From IMG/VR virus record IMGVR_UViG_3300035208_006730: a DNA stretch of 64,000 nucleotides; one strand, written 5' to 3'. Position numbers and translations under genes: made by a program. Position 1 is the stretch's first letter. Each line of letters opens with the position of its first letter. The notes under the pieces were generated by a model. That model saw only the letters and a program-made list of their open reading frames with translations, was not told where the DNA came from and searched no databases. This DNA comes from a virus. Lineage: Duplodnaviria > Caudoviricetes. Of this stretch, positions 31,370-42,320 are shown one piece after another.

Positions 31370-31399
31370 TTGACCTTCTGAGGCCAACTCGTCTATTCT
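31370..31399 (+). promoter_or_regulatory. candidate sigma70 promoter upstream of the recA-containing operon
   Basis: TTGACC-18 nt-TATTCT followed by AAGGAG and ATG 31418. Confidence 0.45.
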
Positions 31400-31417
31400 A
31401 GATAAAGGAGAATTCAA

Positions 31418-31936
31418 ATGAATGTATCTGAGAATGTTGCCGCTTATCAAGAAGTCAGAGATACTCTGACAAACACAATTAAGGTTGGAGGGAATACTTT
31501 CAAAGAATGGTATCCTATCTTCTTTAACTTTAAAATTCCAGAAGATCTTGATCCAAATAATTGTAAAGTTTTTGGACGACAGTTAATGAAACTTAATCAA
31601 ACAGCAATGTCTTTCGCTACAGCGGCCAATATGAGGAAGACTGCTCTTGATGGTATTGCTAGTAGCGCTTATCTTCAAAAGATGAGCGAACTTTCTGAGA
31701 ATGCCAAGAGAGAAGATAAAAAAATTGCTGCGGCCATCCTCGAATCAATGGCTAAAGTTCAAATAGATCAAACAACAATGATGCAAACCTTTTCAGAAAT
31801 AGAAAAGACTTTCTGGAAAGATGTTCTGGCTCACCTAGCGATTCAAAGAAAACACCTTGAAGGAATTACAATGAATAATGCCTTACTCCTAAAAATTGAA
31901 GGTGCAGTGGGATCTCTAGGAGGTTCAGAAGAATAG
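31418..31936 (+). CDS. helical hypothetical protein (possible recombination mediator by context)
   Basis: strong RBS, helical composition, two genes upstream of recA; function not recognisable. Confidence 0.4.
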   Translation: MNVSENVAAYQEVRDTLTNTIKVGGNTFKEWYPIFFNFKIPEDLDPNNCKVFGRQLMKLNQTAMSFATAANMRKTALDGIASSAYLQKMSELSENAKREDKKIAAAILESMAKVQIDQTTMMQTFSEIEKTFWKDVLAHLAIQRKHLEGITMNNALLLKIEGAVGSLGGSEE

Positions 31937-32293
31937 GAAGTACTCGTGATAGATTTAGATGTTTCTTTAGCTGATTTGAGAGAGATGCCTCTAATTCTAT
32001 CCGATGTAAGATACTACCTCCTGAAGGTAATTGAACAAGCAAAAAGAGATATTATTAATTACTGTACTTCAAGAAATTTTGTTGAGAAAGAGGATTATGA
32101 TTCAGCTGTAGGATTTCTCTTTGATGATGAATATTTTATTCAGTGGGGAGATCTAGAATTAAATCTTATTTTAATAGGACACATTCTTGATATTGATGCA
32201 GGATGGCAGCGAAAAAAAATTACAAAAGAAATTAGAAAAGAGCTCCTCAAACGGGGCATTCATATTTCCAAACAATAACTACGACTGGAGACA

Positions 32294-33376
32294 TTGATGA
32301 AAAAAGAAAAAGAAGGCATTGTTGTAACTGATCAAATAGATAAGAATAAACAAATATCTGAACTGATCAATTCTATACAGAGAGAATATGGACCTGGTTC
32401 AATAAATCTTTTATCTAAAGATGCTTTGAATCAACCTTTTGCAGGGTTTTCTACTGGACTCATTTCTTTAGATAAAGTCTTAGGTGGAAGATGTCCGTAT
32501 GGCAGGATAATGGAATTATTCGGAGGCGAGAGTGTTGGGAAATCGAGTCTAGCTTTACAAATCGTTGCTGCTGTCCAAAAAATCGGAGGAACAGCTGCTT
32601 ACATAGATATTGAACACGCATTCGATCCAAAATATTCAGTTCAGCTTGGAGTAGATATAGAGAAACTCCTTCTTTCGCAGCCAGATAATGGTGAACAAGC
32701 AATGAATATTCTAGTTCATCTTTGTTCATCAGGTCTAATTTCATTAGTTGTAATAGATTCTGTTGCTGCATTAGTTCCACGCAGTGAGATTGAAGGAGAA
32801 GTTGGAGATCAATCAATGGGTGTGATGGCACGGATGATGGGCCAAACTCTACGGAAGGTAACTGCCATTGCTCACAAGACAAATACTGAGATGCTATTTA
32901 TTAATCAAATTAGACAAAAAATAGGTATCCTATACGGATCAAACGAAACGACCCCTGGTGGCAATAGTCTCAAGTTCTCTGCTTCTCATCGCCTAAAGTT
33001 GTCACTAACTGGACAAATTAAAGATGGAGATAAGATTATTGGAAATACTGTTAAGATTAAAGTCGTTAAAAATAAACTTGCAGCACCTTTCCAGGAGACA
33101 GAACTTGATATGCTCGCAGGTAAAGGATTTGACGTTGAAAAAGATATTATTGATATGGGCGTTAAATATGGATTGATTGAGAAATCAGGATCCTGGTACT
33201 CTTATAAAACAGAACGTCTTGGACAAGGAATTAAGCAAGTATCTTCATTCTTCAAATCAAATCCTCTCCTCGCAGAAGAACTAAAAGTAAATATTATGAA
33301 GAAATTAAATGGAGATGCTATGCCAGTAGTTGTAGAAGTTCCAGCTCTCCCTAATCCAGATGGAGTATCGTTTTGA
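32294..33376 (+). CDS. recA: RecA recombinase
   Basis: GRIMELFGGESVGKS, YIDIEHAFDP, SQPDNGEQA, IDSVAALVP, FINQIRQKIG, TPGGNSLKF, VVKNKLAAPF. Confidence 0.97.
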   Translation: MMKKEKEGIVVTDQIDKNKQISELINSIQREYGPGSINLLSKDALNQPFAGFSTGLISLDKVLGGRCPYGRIMELFGGESVGKSSLALQIVAAVQKIGGTAAYIDIEHAFDPKYSVQLGVDIEKLLLSQPDNGEQAMNILVHLCSSGLISLVVIDSVAALVPRSEIEGEVGDQSMGVMARMMGQTLRKVTAIAHKTNTEMLFINQIRQKIGILYGSNETTPGGNSLKFSASHRLKLSLTGQIKDGDKIIGNTVKIKVVKNKLAAPFQETELDMLAGKGFDVEKDIIDMGVKYGLIEKSGSWYSYKTERLGQGIKQVSSFFKSNPLLAEELKVNIMKKLNGDAMPVVVEVPALPNPDGVSF

Positions 33377-33571
33377 AAATTCTATCAATTCACATCCAGC
33401 TTACCAATGGAGCTGATCTTCTTTACTTTCATACAGATCTAAAAGAAGCGACATGGCCCTTTACTGCAGATTTTGTTTTAGAAAGTCGAGCAGCTCGAGA
33501 TACTGGAATAGAGTTTGTAAAAAAGAATTTTCCAAGTTATCCAATCGAAATTCTAAATACTAGGACTGAAG

Positions 33572-34162
33572 ATGCAAAATTCTCAAGAACGTGAATACTG
33601 GGCAAAGACGACAAAAGAAAATTTTAAAGATCATGTTATTAAAAACACTCTCTCCTGTCCTGAAAAAGAGATCTATCATTTCCACTGTCATCGACCTAGT
33701 ACCGGAATGTATTCCTACAATGTCATCTTTACTCCTGGAACTGTGATCATTACAGGAGATATTGGAGATGCAATCTTTTCCCATTCTGACAGGCAATCTC
33801 TAAGTTGGTGTCTTTCTTCTGTTGATTCTATGGATTATGTGCTCGGAAAAATGCAAGAAAGTAAGAAGGCTTATTATCCAGATCTTGCTCGTCAAGTCTA
33901 TGAAGAATGGTACGAAGAAAGAATTGCCTACTTTAGAGAAGAGGAACCAGAAGGTTTAGATTCTTTTTTAGACGACGTTCCAACCCCAAATGATATTGAA
34001 TGGGGCTATGAACATGAAGCAACTAGAGATGTTTATGAGGCCGTTGAAGATTGTGACATCCTGACTTCTTTTTATTACTGGTCTTCTAATGCTTTGTCTT
34101 GTTATTTTGGCCTCAAAAATTTTGTTAGACTTTGGAAAGAATATGACAGGAGAAAAAAGTGA
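33572..34162 (+). CDS. conserved phage hypothetical protein
   Basis: PSTGMYSYNVIFTPGTVIITGDIG pattern. Confidence 0.55.
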   Translation: MQNSQEREYWAKTTKENFKDHVIKNTLSCPEKEIYHFHCHRPSTGMYSYNVIFTPGTVIITGDIGDAIFSHSDRQSLSWCLSSVDSMDYVLGKMQESKKAYYPDLARQVYEEWYEERIAYFREEEPEGLDSFLDDVPTPNDIEWGYEHEATRDVYEAVEDCDILTSFYYWSSNALSCYFGLKNFVRLWKEYDRRKK

Positions 34163-34306
34163 TCGGTTGGGTATGGTTAGTTGTAGCCTTTATCTTTGGA
34201 TGGCTTCTTGGATTAATCTGCGCATTTGAAATCAGTTGGCGTTGGCAAAGAACTGATTTTATTTCGATTTGGCCATCTAAAATACTCGACTGGAAAAGGA
34301 TGAAGA

Positions 34307-35029
34307 ATGAAAATTGAAATACCTCCATTTGGCTTCGTTGAACTTGTTGACGTAATGGGTTCAGATCGTTCTATTGCTGAAGCTGCCTTTGAATGTACTC
34401 AGCAAGAGTTAACTGAAGAACGAATTCCCAAGGTCTTGAATAATCTTTTAAAAAGTTGGCCAATGCATACGACCCCTCTAGAAATGGCCGAATTAAAATT
34501 CAAGATTCAGATTCCAGTCTTTGTTGATCGCCAACTTGTCAGACACAGAACCAGTTCTCGAACAGAGAGAAGTGCTCGTTATTCAGAACAGGATAGAAGT
34601 TTCTTTCTCCCGGATGCTACTCGGCTAAATAATCCTGAAGCCATCAACCTGATGTGGGATTCAATGACGGCTTCATTTGACACCTACTTTAAACTCCTGG
34701 AAAAGAAAGTTCCAAAAGAACTAGCAAGAATAGTAAATCCAGTAGGCTATTATACTGTCTACTTCTGGAAACTGAATCTCTGGAATCTTTTCCATTTCCT
34801 CCATCTGCGTAAAGACAAACATGCTCAAAAGGAAATTAGAGATTACGCAGATGCTATTGGAAAATTAACTCAAGAAAAGTTTCCTTTGTCATTCGCTGCA
34901 TTTGAAGAACATCTTTCTGGTTCTCACAAGATTTCAAAAAGTGACTGGGAAGTACTTCAAAGAACAGCTCAAAATTTTCCAGAAGGCAAAACATATCAAC
35001 CTGCCTTATCTATTCTGGGAATGAAATGA
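34307..35029 (+). CDS. thyX: FAD-dependent thymidylate synthase
   Basis: HTTPLE, RQLVRHR..ERSARY, KELARIV, NLWNLFHFLHLR..HAQKEIR. Confidence 0.95.
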   Translation: MKIEIPPFGFVELVDVMGSDRSIAEAAFECTQQELTEERIPKVLNNLLKSWPMHTTPLEMAELKFKIQIPVFVDRQLVRHRTSSRTERSARYSEQDRSFFLPDATRLNNPEAINLMWDSMTASFDTYFKLLEKKVPKELARIVNPVGYYTVYFWKLNLWNLFHFLHLRKDKHAQKEIRDYADAIGKLTQEKFPLSFAAFEEHLSGSHKISKSDWEVLQRTAQNFPEGKTYQPALSILGMK

Positions 35030-35928
35030 GACTAACAGCAACTCAAATAAAGCAAATAGAGAACGCTTTACAAACAGCAATTGTTAGTGAAATCGGTTAT
35101 ATGGATTGCTGGAAAAATGTTCCAGGAGATGAAAGAGAAGAGATTTTTAACTCGGGTAATCGTCGAATTAACGAATGGAAAAAGCTAATTAAACTTTTTA
35201 AAGAAAAGAAAAAGGCAAAACAACTACTTGGAGAAGAAGTATGAATTGGGAAACAAAAGAGAAACATTCATTTGAGAAAGAGGAAGACGAAAGATTAGAT
35301 GAAGCAGAAGGTATATTCTGGATTGGCATTGATGTTACCAAAGAAATTTCTACCACTGCAATTGTCAAAGTCTTTGGCGCGAAAACAAAAGAAGAAGCAG
35401 AAAAGAAAGCTAGGGATTATTTTCAAAGCCATAAAAGAGAGTTCGAACCAGATCCCGATATTATTAGTGATGATGATTATTGGGCAATAGAGGAAATAAG
35501 TTGTGAAAATTTTGACGGCTATGATGCTGACTTGGAGGCAAAATGATTTATCCAATGACTGAGAGACAAAGAGGAGAACTTGACTTGATTAGCGGTCTTT
35601 TGTGGGGTCTAAATGATTCCGTTAGTCCTATGGCTGACGATAATGTATATCGAAAAGAACTTTCGGAAGCATCGAATCTAATAGTTGATGCTGCTACTAT
35701 TGTCCAGGAGATAAAAGAGAGGTATGATAAAGCAGCTGCTGAACAATATCGCAATGGAGAATGAAGCGGACGATTGTGATGGATGCACAGATTACACCTA
35801 CACGGTATTGAAAAATTGGAAGGATATTGAAGTAAAGTGATCGTTAATTTTGAAGAAACCTATCACCCAGTTCTTCAAGGTGCTCCATTTACATTCAGCA
35901 CTTTTATGGAAGAACTCGAGGAGTTTTT

Positions 35929-36297
35929 GTGAAAAAATTTGCTTGTAATTTAGAGTATTCGGGGCAAGAAGTCAACACTATCTTTACGAATACACCTACA
36001 GGGACCTCTGTAACAATTGATTGGAATAATGGTAACATGCAGGAGTTAGATTTGGGATCTGCTACAGGTGATGTGACGGTTATTTGGGATCATGTCAATC
36101 CTGGGGCTAATTTGTTGCTTCGGGTAATACAAGACAGTGCAGTAGCTATTGATATTAGTACATGGCCAGCAACTGTTAAATGGACAGAGAATATACAACC
36201 TGTTATCACCAAAATTCTTGGGGGATTTGATGTGATTTCTTTTTCTGCTTGGCCATCAGTGCAATCAGCTTCTGTAGCTCAAAACCATTTGGCATAA
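35929..36297 (+). CDS. tail-fibre C-terminal-like beta domain protein
   Basis: TIDWNNGNMQ...LRVIQD...TWPATVKW...P...DVISF pattern seen in fibre tips. Confidence 0.6.
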   Translation: MKKFACNLEYSGQEVNTIFTNTPTGTSVTIDWNNGNMQELDLGSATGDVTVIWDHVNPGANLLLRVIQDSAVAIDISTWPATVKWTENIQPVITKILGGFDVISFSAWPSVQSASVAQNHLA

Positions 36298-36299
36298 AA

Positions 36300-38276
36300 A
36301 TGATAAGAGGACCATTCCAAACTGTAGGGCAACCAGTGATTACGTTTAGGGCGTTAGATTTTTCTAATGTCCTTACTGGAATAGGGAATTTATCTGATTC
36401 TTTAACTATCAATTCCATCACAGTGGCTCCGTCTTTACGATATAAAGGAGGTGATGCGGATGCCAGCTCGTGGAATTCCTCGGGTTATGGGGCTAATCTA
36501 GGGATTGCTGGTGCTGGTGCTGCTCCTTTATTTAATCAAGGGAGTCCATGTTTAGGAGCCTCCGATGACAGTGTGTTATTTGGGGGTGGTGCTTCTTCCC
36601 AATATTATATAGATGCTGGAAATACTGATGGTAACGTGGGTATTGATGATATAGTCATTGAATTTGTTTTTAAAACTCATGCAACAATTCAAAACAATTC
36701 GGTGTGTGAAAAGAGAGGAACCAGTGGTTGGGGAATAGTGCAAAATGGAGTCATGAAGTTTTATTTTTATGCTTCTGGAGCTGCAGGAACAACTGCCACT
36801 GGTGCTCTTTCTGCGGGTACTTGGTATCATGCTGTATTATGTGTAGATCGTTCTGGCTTTGCACAGTGGTATCTAAATGGCGTAGCTTCTGGCACAGCAA
36901 AAGATTATTCAGCAAAGGATGGTCTATCTTTAGATAATACCACATCTTTTTCTTTGGGTTTAGAAACATTGCTTTATTCATTATCTAATCTGACTATTGC
37001 TGAGTTTTGTCTTTGGCATTATCCTAATTGGTTAACTACAGACACTACAAACCAAGAAGCAGTAGTTCGCACTCGATTTTCACAGTATAGTGGTACATTT
37101 CCACAAAGGGCAATTGGTACATCATTACCTCTTACAGCAAGTAGAAAAACCTCAGCTTATTTGGATCATATAGTGGCAGGTAAGTCGAAGTTGGATCTTG
37201 TGGGACCCCACTGGCTGAGAATTGTCAAAAGAGAGGATAATAATTCTATTGAAATGGTAGGTTTGTTAATTGAGTCGGCTACAACCAATAAGTGTTTGCA
37301 ATCAGAAAATTTTGCCACTACTTGGACGTTATTGGATGTAGGTGATTCCATTTCCTCAGATTATATTACTGCACCTAATGGTGAAATAACAGGTGATGGC
37401 CTCATTGGGGATAGTACTGATGGGGATCATGGAGTTACGCAGGATATCACAGTTACGGCAATTAATTGGGTAATATCTGTGTTTGCTAAAAAAGGAACTC
37501 ATGATTGGCTCTATGTGTCAAATGATACTGTGGCTAATTGTACTTGTTATTTTGACCTTACCAACGGAATAGTTGGTACCATTGGTGCTGGTGTTGTAAG
37601 CGCCATAATAGATAAGGTGCAATATTTTGGTGATTGGTGGCGATGTGGTATTATCTTTACTGGGACTGCTGCAACCCATACATTCAAATTCCAAGCTGCT
37701 GATGCAGATGGAGACAAATCAGTGGTTGGGGATGGTGCTGCTGTAATGATAGGTTTGTGGGGTGCTCAAGTGGAAAGTGGAGATCATTTTAAGAGTTATG
37801 TTCCCACTACAACTGCAGCAGTTACTAAAACAGCAGAGTTATTAGTATATAAGGGTGATGATGGTAATATTATTCCAGAAAATGGGATAGTGGAGACAAA
37901 AATTCTTATGCCTGTTTGTACTATTAGTACAGGTGCAAGTCAATATATTGGGCAGCTTACAGATGGAGATGCAGCTACGGATTTGGCGCAATTGCTCATG
38001 AACTCAACATCTAATTTATATGGATTTATGAGGGCATCGGGGGGTTTAAATGGGGATACTGTAGGTACCTCAATTCTTACTGATGGTGTTATACATCAAG
38101 TGATGATGTATTATCATAAAAATAATCTCAAAGTAGGAGTTGATGGGTGTATTGATGGGACCCCAGATCTTACTTGTGATGTTCCGCTGAATCTAGATCG
38201 GATAAATATTGGTCATTACATGTCAACAAGTTCTCAACTAGAAAGAGTCATTTCTAAATTTACGGTGAAGAAATGA
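36300..38276 (+). CDS. LamG/concanavalin-A-like carbohydrate-binding virion-type protein
   Basis: G/T/S/D-rich beta protein; GTWYHAVLCVDR..WYLNG (LamG), GLLIESATTNKCLQSE, SVFAKKG, WGAQVE..SYVPTTTAAVT. Confidence 0.75.
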   Translation: MIRGPFQTVGQPVITFRALDFSNVLTGIGNLSDSLTINSITVAPSLRYKGGDADASSWNSSGYGANLGIAGAGAAPLFNQGSPCLGASDDSVLFGGGASSQYYIDAGNTDGNVGIDDIVIEFVFKTHATIQNNSVCEKRGTSGWGIVQNGVMKFYFYASGAAGTTATGALSAGTWYHAVLCVDRSGFAQWYLNGVASGTAKDYSAKDGLSLDNTTSFSLGLETLLYSLSNLTIAEFCLWHYPNWLTTDTTNQEAVVRTRFSQYSGTFPQRAIGTSLPLTASRKTSAYLDHIVAGKSKLDLVGPHWLRIVKREDNNSIEMVGLLIESATTNKCLQSENFATTWTLLDVGDSISSDYITAPNGEITGDGLIGDSTDGDHGVTQDITVTAINWVISVFAKKGTHDWLYVSNDTVANCTCYFDLTNGIVGTIGAGVVSAIIDKVQYFGDWWRCGIIFTGTAATHTFKFQAADADGDKSVVGDGAAVMIGLWGAQVESGDHFKSYVPTTTAAVTKTAELLVYKGDDGNIIPENGIVETKILMPVCTISTGASQYIGQLTDGDAATDLAQLLMNSTSNLYGFMRASGGLNGDTVGTSILTDGVIHQVMMYYHKNNLKVGVDGCIDGTPDLTCDVPLNLDRINIGHYMSTSSQLERVISKFTVKK

Positions 38277-38575
38277 AGAATGTATTTTCTAAAAAAAAAT
38301 TAGTAAATTATGTGGAGGTACAAGAAGTACTTGATCAAAAAGAAAAAGTCTTTTATCATTATTTATATAAAGATGTAGAAGCGGCTAAATTAAAAAAAGA
38401 AGATGCAGAGGTGATTGAGACAAAAAATAATGCTGATTCAGATCATCTTCGACCTAATAAAGAACCATTTCATGTTTTCCTCGGTATAGATTTAGAAGGG
38501 ATGGTGGGACTTGAGATTCAAGCGAAGCGTGCTATTCCTTCCATTTCAAATGTGATTGAGACTTTGGAAAACTGA
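38273..38575 (+). CDS. hypothetical protein coupled to the LamG gene
   Basis: ATGA overlap with the upstream gene. Confidence 0.55.
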   Translation: MKNVFSKKKLVNYVEVQEVLDQKEKVFYHYLYKDVEAAKLKKEDAEVIETKNNADSDHLRPNKEPFHVFLGIDLEGMVGLEIQAKRAIPSISNVIETLEN

Positions 38576-39271
38576 CCCAAGAAGTAACATTGAGCTTTGG
38601 CGGAAGCTAAGATCAGATTGGGAGGCGCGCTGCAATACACAGTCCGAATGGAATGTTTCAATCAAGCCGACATTAATTTAATCCGTGCAGGTATCACAGA
38701 TGAAGAAGCCCAATGGGTTACTTTCACACACACATTTATAGAAGAAGAAAACATGCAAGAAATTAGGAAAAGACGAATATACACTGCTATATTTTTCCGC
38801 ATCACGAAACGCATTGTACCTCTATATGCGCAGACTATAGAGGATGCATGTAAAGAAGCAGATGATTTGCATCATAATGCAAAAATTTACGCAGGAGCAA
38901 TAGAATTTGCCCACAAAGAGAAAGGTCAATGGATAATAAATCAATGACAACTATAACTGAAGTTACAAATGGAATGCTAGCTATATTATCAAATAGACAA
39001 AATATAACGCTAAATAAACATATTAACGAACTTGAAGCAATGCTAGAACAACGGAATAAAGAAATAGAAGAGCTTTGGCAGTTAACTCATAAAGTTCAAA
39101 AAGAAAATCATTACGAAGAGATGAATAGGCTCAAAGATGAAAACATGGATCATCTTCTTGGATTAGGATCCAAACTTGGTTGTGCTCCTAATTGGCAAGT
39201 AATTTTTGAAGAAGTTCAACAACTTATAGATCGTTCTTTACTTCCCTACAATTTTCGATAAAGGAGATCAA

Positions 39272-40129
39272 ATGAAGTGTTTCTATCATTCAGCAGATTT
39301 TGACGGTAAATGTTCTGCGGCTCTTGTAAAACTAGTCTTTCCTCATGTCGAACTATTCCCAATTGATTACAATGAATCTTTTCCCTGGGATAAAATTCAA
39401 AATATTGAAGAAGGAATAGTTCAAGAACAAGTTTTCATGGTTGACTTTTCTTTGAAGCGGCCAGAAATGGAACGGCTGAATAACGAAACAGATTTAACTT
39501 GGATTGATCATCACGTTTCAGCAATAGAAGAGATGAAAGATCTTGACATCAAAGGAAAAAGAGATACTACAAGAGCTGCTTGTGAATTAGTTTCATTGTA
39601 TCTCCTAGGAAAGATTTTTTCAGCTGTTCAGCTTCTTGGAAGTTACGATGTGTGGCGCGATAAAGATCCTAATTGGAAATCTGGAATTCTCCCATTTCAG
39701 ATGGGATTGAGACTCTGGCAAACTGACCCAAGAAGTGATCTTGAGCTTTGGCGAAGGTTATGTCTTGAGGATGACGTAATCTTTATTGAGGAGATTATTC
39801 TTGCTGGAAAAAACATCTTACAATACCAAAACGATCAAAATAGAATCTATGCTCGAGTCTGTGCATTCGAAGTGAAATTTGAAGGTCTTCGAGGTATTGC
39901 AATTAATCGAGCTCTTTCTTCCTCTCAAATCTTTGATTCAGTTTGGGATCCAGAAAAATATGATTTAATGATTGCTTTTTCTCGCCTAAAAGATGGAAAA
40001 TGGAAGTACAGTCTGTACACAACTAAGGATGAAGTGGACTGTAGTGTGCTTGCAAAGAAATATGGTGGTGGCGGACATGTGAAAGCCGCCGGATTTAATC
40101 TCGATTATCTTTTCGAATCAATGGAGTGA
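39272..40129 (+). CDS. DHH/DHHA1 phosphoesterase (nanoRNase-like)
   Basis: YHSADFDG, MVDFS, WIDHH, YSLY, GGGGHVKAAGF. Confidence 0.93.
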   Translation: MKCFYHSADFDGKCSAALVKLVFPHVELFPIDYNESFPWDKIQNIEEGIVQEQVFMVDFSLKRPEMERLNNETDLTWIDHHVSAIEEMKDLDIKGKRDTTRAACELVSLYLLGKIFSAVQLLGSYDVWRDKDPNWKSGILPFQMGLRLWQTDPRSDLELWRRLCLEDDVIFIEEIILAGKNILQYQNDQNRIYARVCAFEVKFEGLRGIAINRALSSSQIFDSVWDPEKYDLMIAFSRLKDGKWKYSLYTTKDEVDCSVLAKKYGGGGHVKAAGFNLDYLFESME

Positions 40130-40443
40130 CAAATGCTTGAAGGTTTAGTTCTCGATATGGTTATTATTGACCATGAAAATTATTCTATTCAGTTTAAATC
40201 AAAGGATAAACATTTTAAATTATGCTTTGCTATTCCAGATTATCTAAAAGTCTCATTCTTTAAAATGGAAATAGTGGGAAGTTTTGCGAGTATTATCGGG
40301 CAAAAACTTGATGGACTTTTTCTAGAAGAAACCTTCGCAGATGACACACACTGTTGTTGGAAATATTCTCTTTTAGCTGAAAACGGTTTCGTTGATATTT
40401 TCTTTACTCAATTTCTTCAAGCTCCTACATTTGTGGAGATGTA

Positions 40444-41427
40444 ATGGATTTTGTTCACACCCACCTGCACACTGAGGCATCACTATTGGACGGTGCCATT
40501 CGTTGTAAGGATCTAGCTAAAAGAGTTAAGGAATTAGGCCAACCAGCAGTGGCAATAACTGATCACGGTAACATGGGTGGTGTCATCCAGCTCTACAAGG
40601 CATGTAAAGCTGAAGGAATTAAATCACTTTTAGGAATTGAATCTTACATAACTTTCGATCCAAATGGAGTAGATAATAAAGAAAAACATCGAGATAGCTT
40701 TCATCTTATCCTTCTGGCAAAAAACTATCTTGGTTTTCAGGATCTAATGAGACTTTCTACTCGAGCTAATGAGGTCAATTTCTATTACCATCCTAGAATC
40801 TTCATTGATGATCTTGAAGCTGCTGCACCAAATCTTGTTTGTACTACAGCTTGTCTTGGTGGTATTCTCGCAAAGCCTCTCCTGAAATTTAATAAAGAAG
40901 AGTATGCAATAGCTAATTTTGACAAGCTTCATTCTTGGTTTGGGAAGGATTTGTACGCCGAAATTCAAAAAAATACCGAGCCAAAACAACAATTTTACAA
41001 TGAATGGCTAATACCCCAGGCGAAGAAACGAAATATTAAAGTAGTAATTTCCACAGACGCTCATTATCTAGTTCAAGAAGACTATCAATTACATCGAATG
41101 ATTCTTGCTCTCCAGTTCAAGAAAACTCTTGAAGATTATGATCGTCAACAAGAAATGCATTATGGTCCAGATTATTGGATTAAGCCTTCAGACCTAATGT
41201 GGAGAGCTGCAGATATGTGCGGTGCTCCTGAGGCTGCAGAAAATACTCTGGAGATTGCAGAAAAATGCAACGTAGAGATCGAACTTGGTAAACTAAAAAT
41301 GCCTTCTTTCGATATTCAAAAAGCAGAAGACTATGGAGAATTTCTCAAATGGAAGAATACAATCGTGGAGAAATCATTACCGAATATGTCGTCGGATGTG
41401 GCCGTTGTTCTCAATGGGATATCTTGA
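40444..41427 (+). CDS. dnaE: DNA polymerase III alpha N-terminal PHP domain encoded as a separate gene
   Basis: FVHTHLHTEASLLDGA, AITDHGN, GIESY, HLILLAKN, TACLGG, STDAHY, NTLEIAEKCNVEI...MPSF. Confidence 0.93.
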   Translation: MDFVHTHLHTEASLLDGAIRCKDLAKRVKELGQPAVAITDHGNMGGVIQLYKACKAEGIKSLLGIESYITFDPNGVDNKEKHRDSFHLILLAKNYLGFQDLMRLSTRANEVNFYYHPRIFIDDLEAAAPNLVCTTACLGGILAKPLLKFNKEEYAIANFDKLHSWFGKDLYAEIQKNTEPKQQFYNEWLIPQAKKRNIKVVISTDAHYLVQEDYQLHRMILALQFKKTLEDYDRQQEMHYGPDYWIKPSDLMWRAADMCGAPEAAENTLEIAEKCNVEIELGKLKMPSFDIQKAEDYGEFLKWKNTIVEKSLPNMSSDVAVVLNGIS

Positions 41428-41594
41428 AAGCTAGAACTAAAAAGGCCGCAATTAAAGAAACAAAAGATCTTGGTTATCGAAAAATACTTCCAAGTCCAAA
41501 AGGAAATATTTGGCTTTGCGAAGGATGTATTAAAGAGATAATTAGACAGATGGAGGAAGAAAATGAATCAACAGATTCTACAGAAATTAGCTAA
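41349..41594 (+). CDS. zinc-finger hypothetical protein between the dnaE halves
   Basis: CGRC...CEGC; ATG lies inside the first repeat, GGAG upstream. Confidence 0.65.
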   Translation: MEEYNRGEIITEYVVGCGRCSQWDILKARTKKAAIKETKDLGYRKILPSPKGNIWLCEGCIKEIIRQMEEENESTDSTEIS

Positions 41595-41952
41595 ACAAAA
41601 AGAAAAACATCAAGAAAAAGAAGCTATTCTTAAAGACTGGGTATCCAATGTAGAAAAATTTAGAGAATGGATTCGAAATGAAATCAAACCTTATAAAGAA
41701 TATCTTTCAATGACTGATGATCGTTTTTGTGCGAATGGAGTATTTTCAATTAGGAATAACTATAACGAAAAAGTTTCATGTACTTATCAAGATACTTCTT
41801 TAATATTCGATGGTTATATCCTTGCTCTTAAAAGCCATGGTTGGATTTTTAAAAAGACAGATACCAATCTGAAAGAAGAAATAGAAATAGTATTTAACAC
41901 TCATGAACTCGAAGAAATTATCGAGAGAAAACTTTGCAAGGAGCCAAAATGA
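41563..41952 (+). CDS. hypothetical protein between the dnaE halves
   Basis: GGAGG RBS, 129-aa ORF. Confidence 0.6.
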   Translation: MNQQILQKLAKQKEKHQEKEAILKDWVSNVEKFREWIRNEIKPYKEYLSMTDDRFCANGVFSIRNNYNEKVSCTYQDTSLIFDGYILALKSHGWIFKKTDTNLKEEIEIVFNTHELEEIIERKLCKEPK

Positions 41953-42020
41953 ATCAGGAACTATTCTATGCTTAAATCACAACAAGAAAAAGTAACAAAC
42001 AAAGATAACAAAAAAAGCTA

Positions 42021-42320
42021 ATGAAGATTATGGACATCAAAGAATTCCGTTCTATTGGACTTCTTCAAGAAATCAATCGTCAATTTCTTCATCCTATGGG
42101 ACTTGCTCTCATAGTTGAAATAGATGACTCAGGATTAGAAAGCCTTTCTGGAATCCAAGATTATCGAGATGATCCTGAAGGAATGGCCTATCTAGACGAA
42201 ATGCTAGTACAGCCAGAGTCAATTCAAAAAGCAGATGATGTATCCAAACTTTTCGAAGCTAAAAGAGAATATCGAGAAAAGAATCTTGGCTGGCATGTTC
42301 AACTAATAGGAAAGAAATGA
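42021..42320 (+). CDS. hypothetical protein between the dnaE halves
   Basis: GLLQEINRQFLHPMGLAL..DYRDDPEG; ATGA overlap with the catalytic dnaE gene. Confidence 0.7.
   Translation: MKIMDIKEFRSIGLLQEINRQFLHPMGLALIVEIDDSGLESLSGIQDYRDDPEGMAYLDEMLVQPESIQKADDVSKLFEAKREYREKNLGWHVQLIGKK

Noticed and set aside
30590-31381. Radical SAM/SPASM enzyme call
   Set aside because: C-terminal Cys pattern is suggestive but no CxxxCxxC motif is present
35929-38276. Diversity-generating retroelement target
   Set aside because: No reverse transcriptase or TR/VR repeat pair visible in the window
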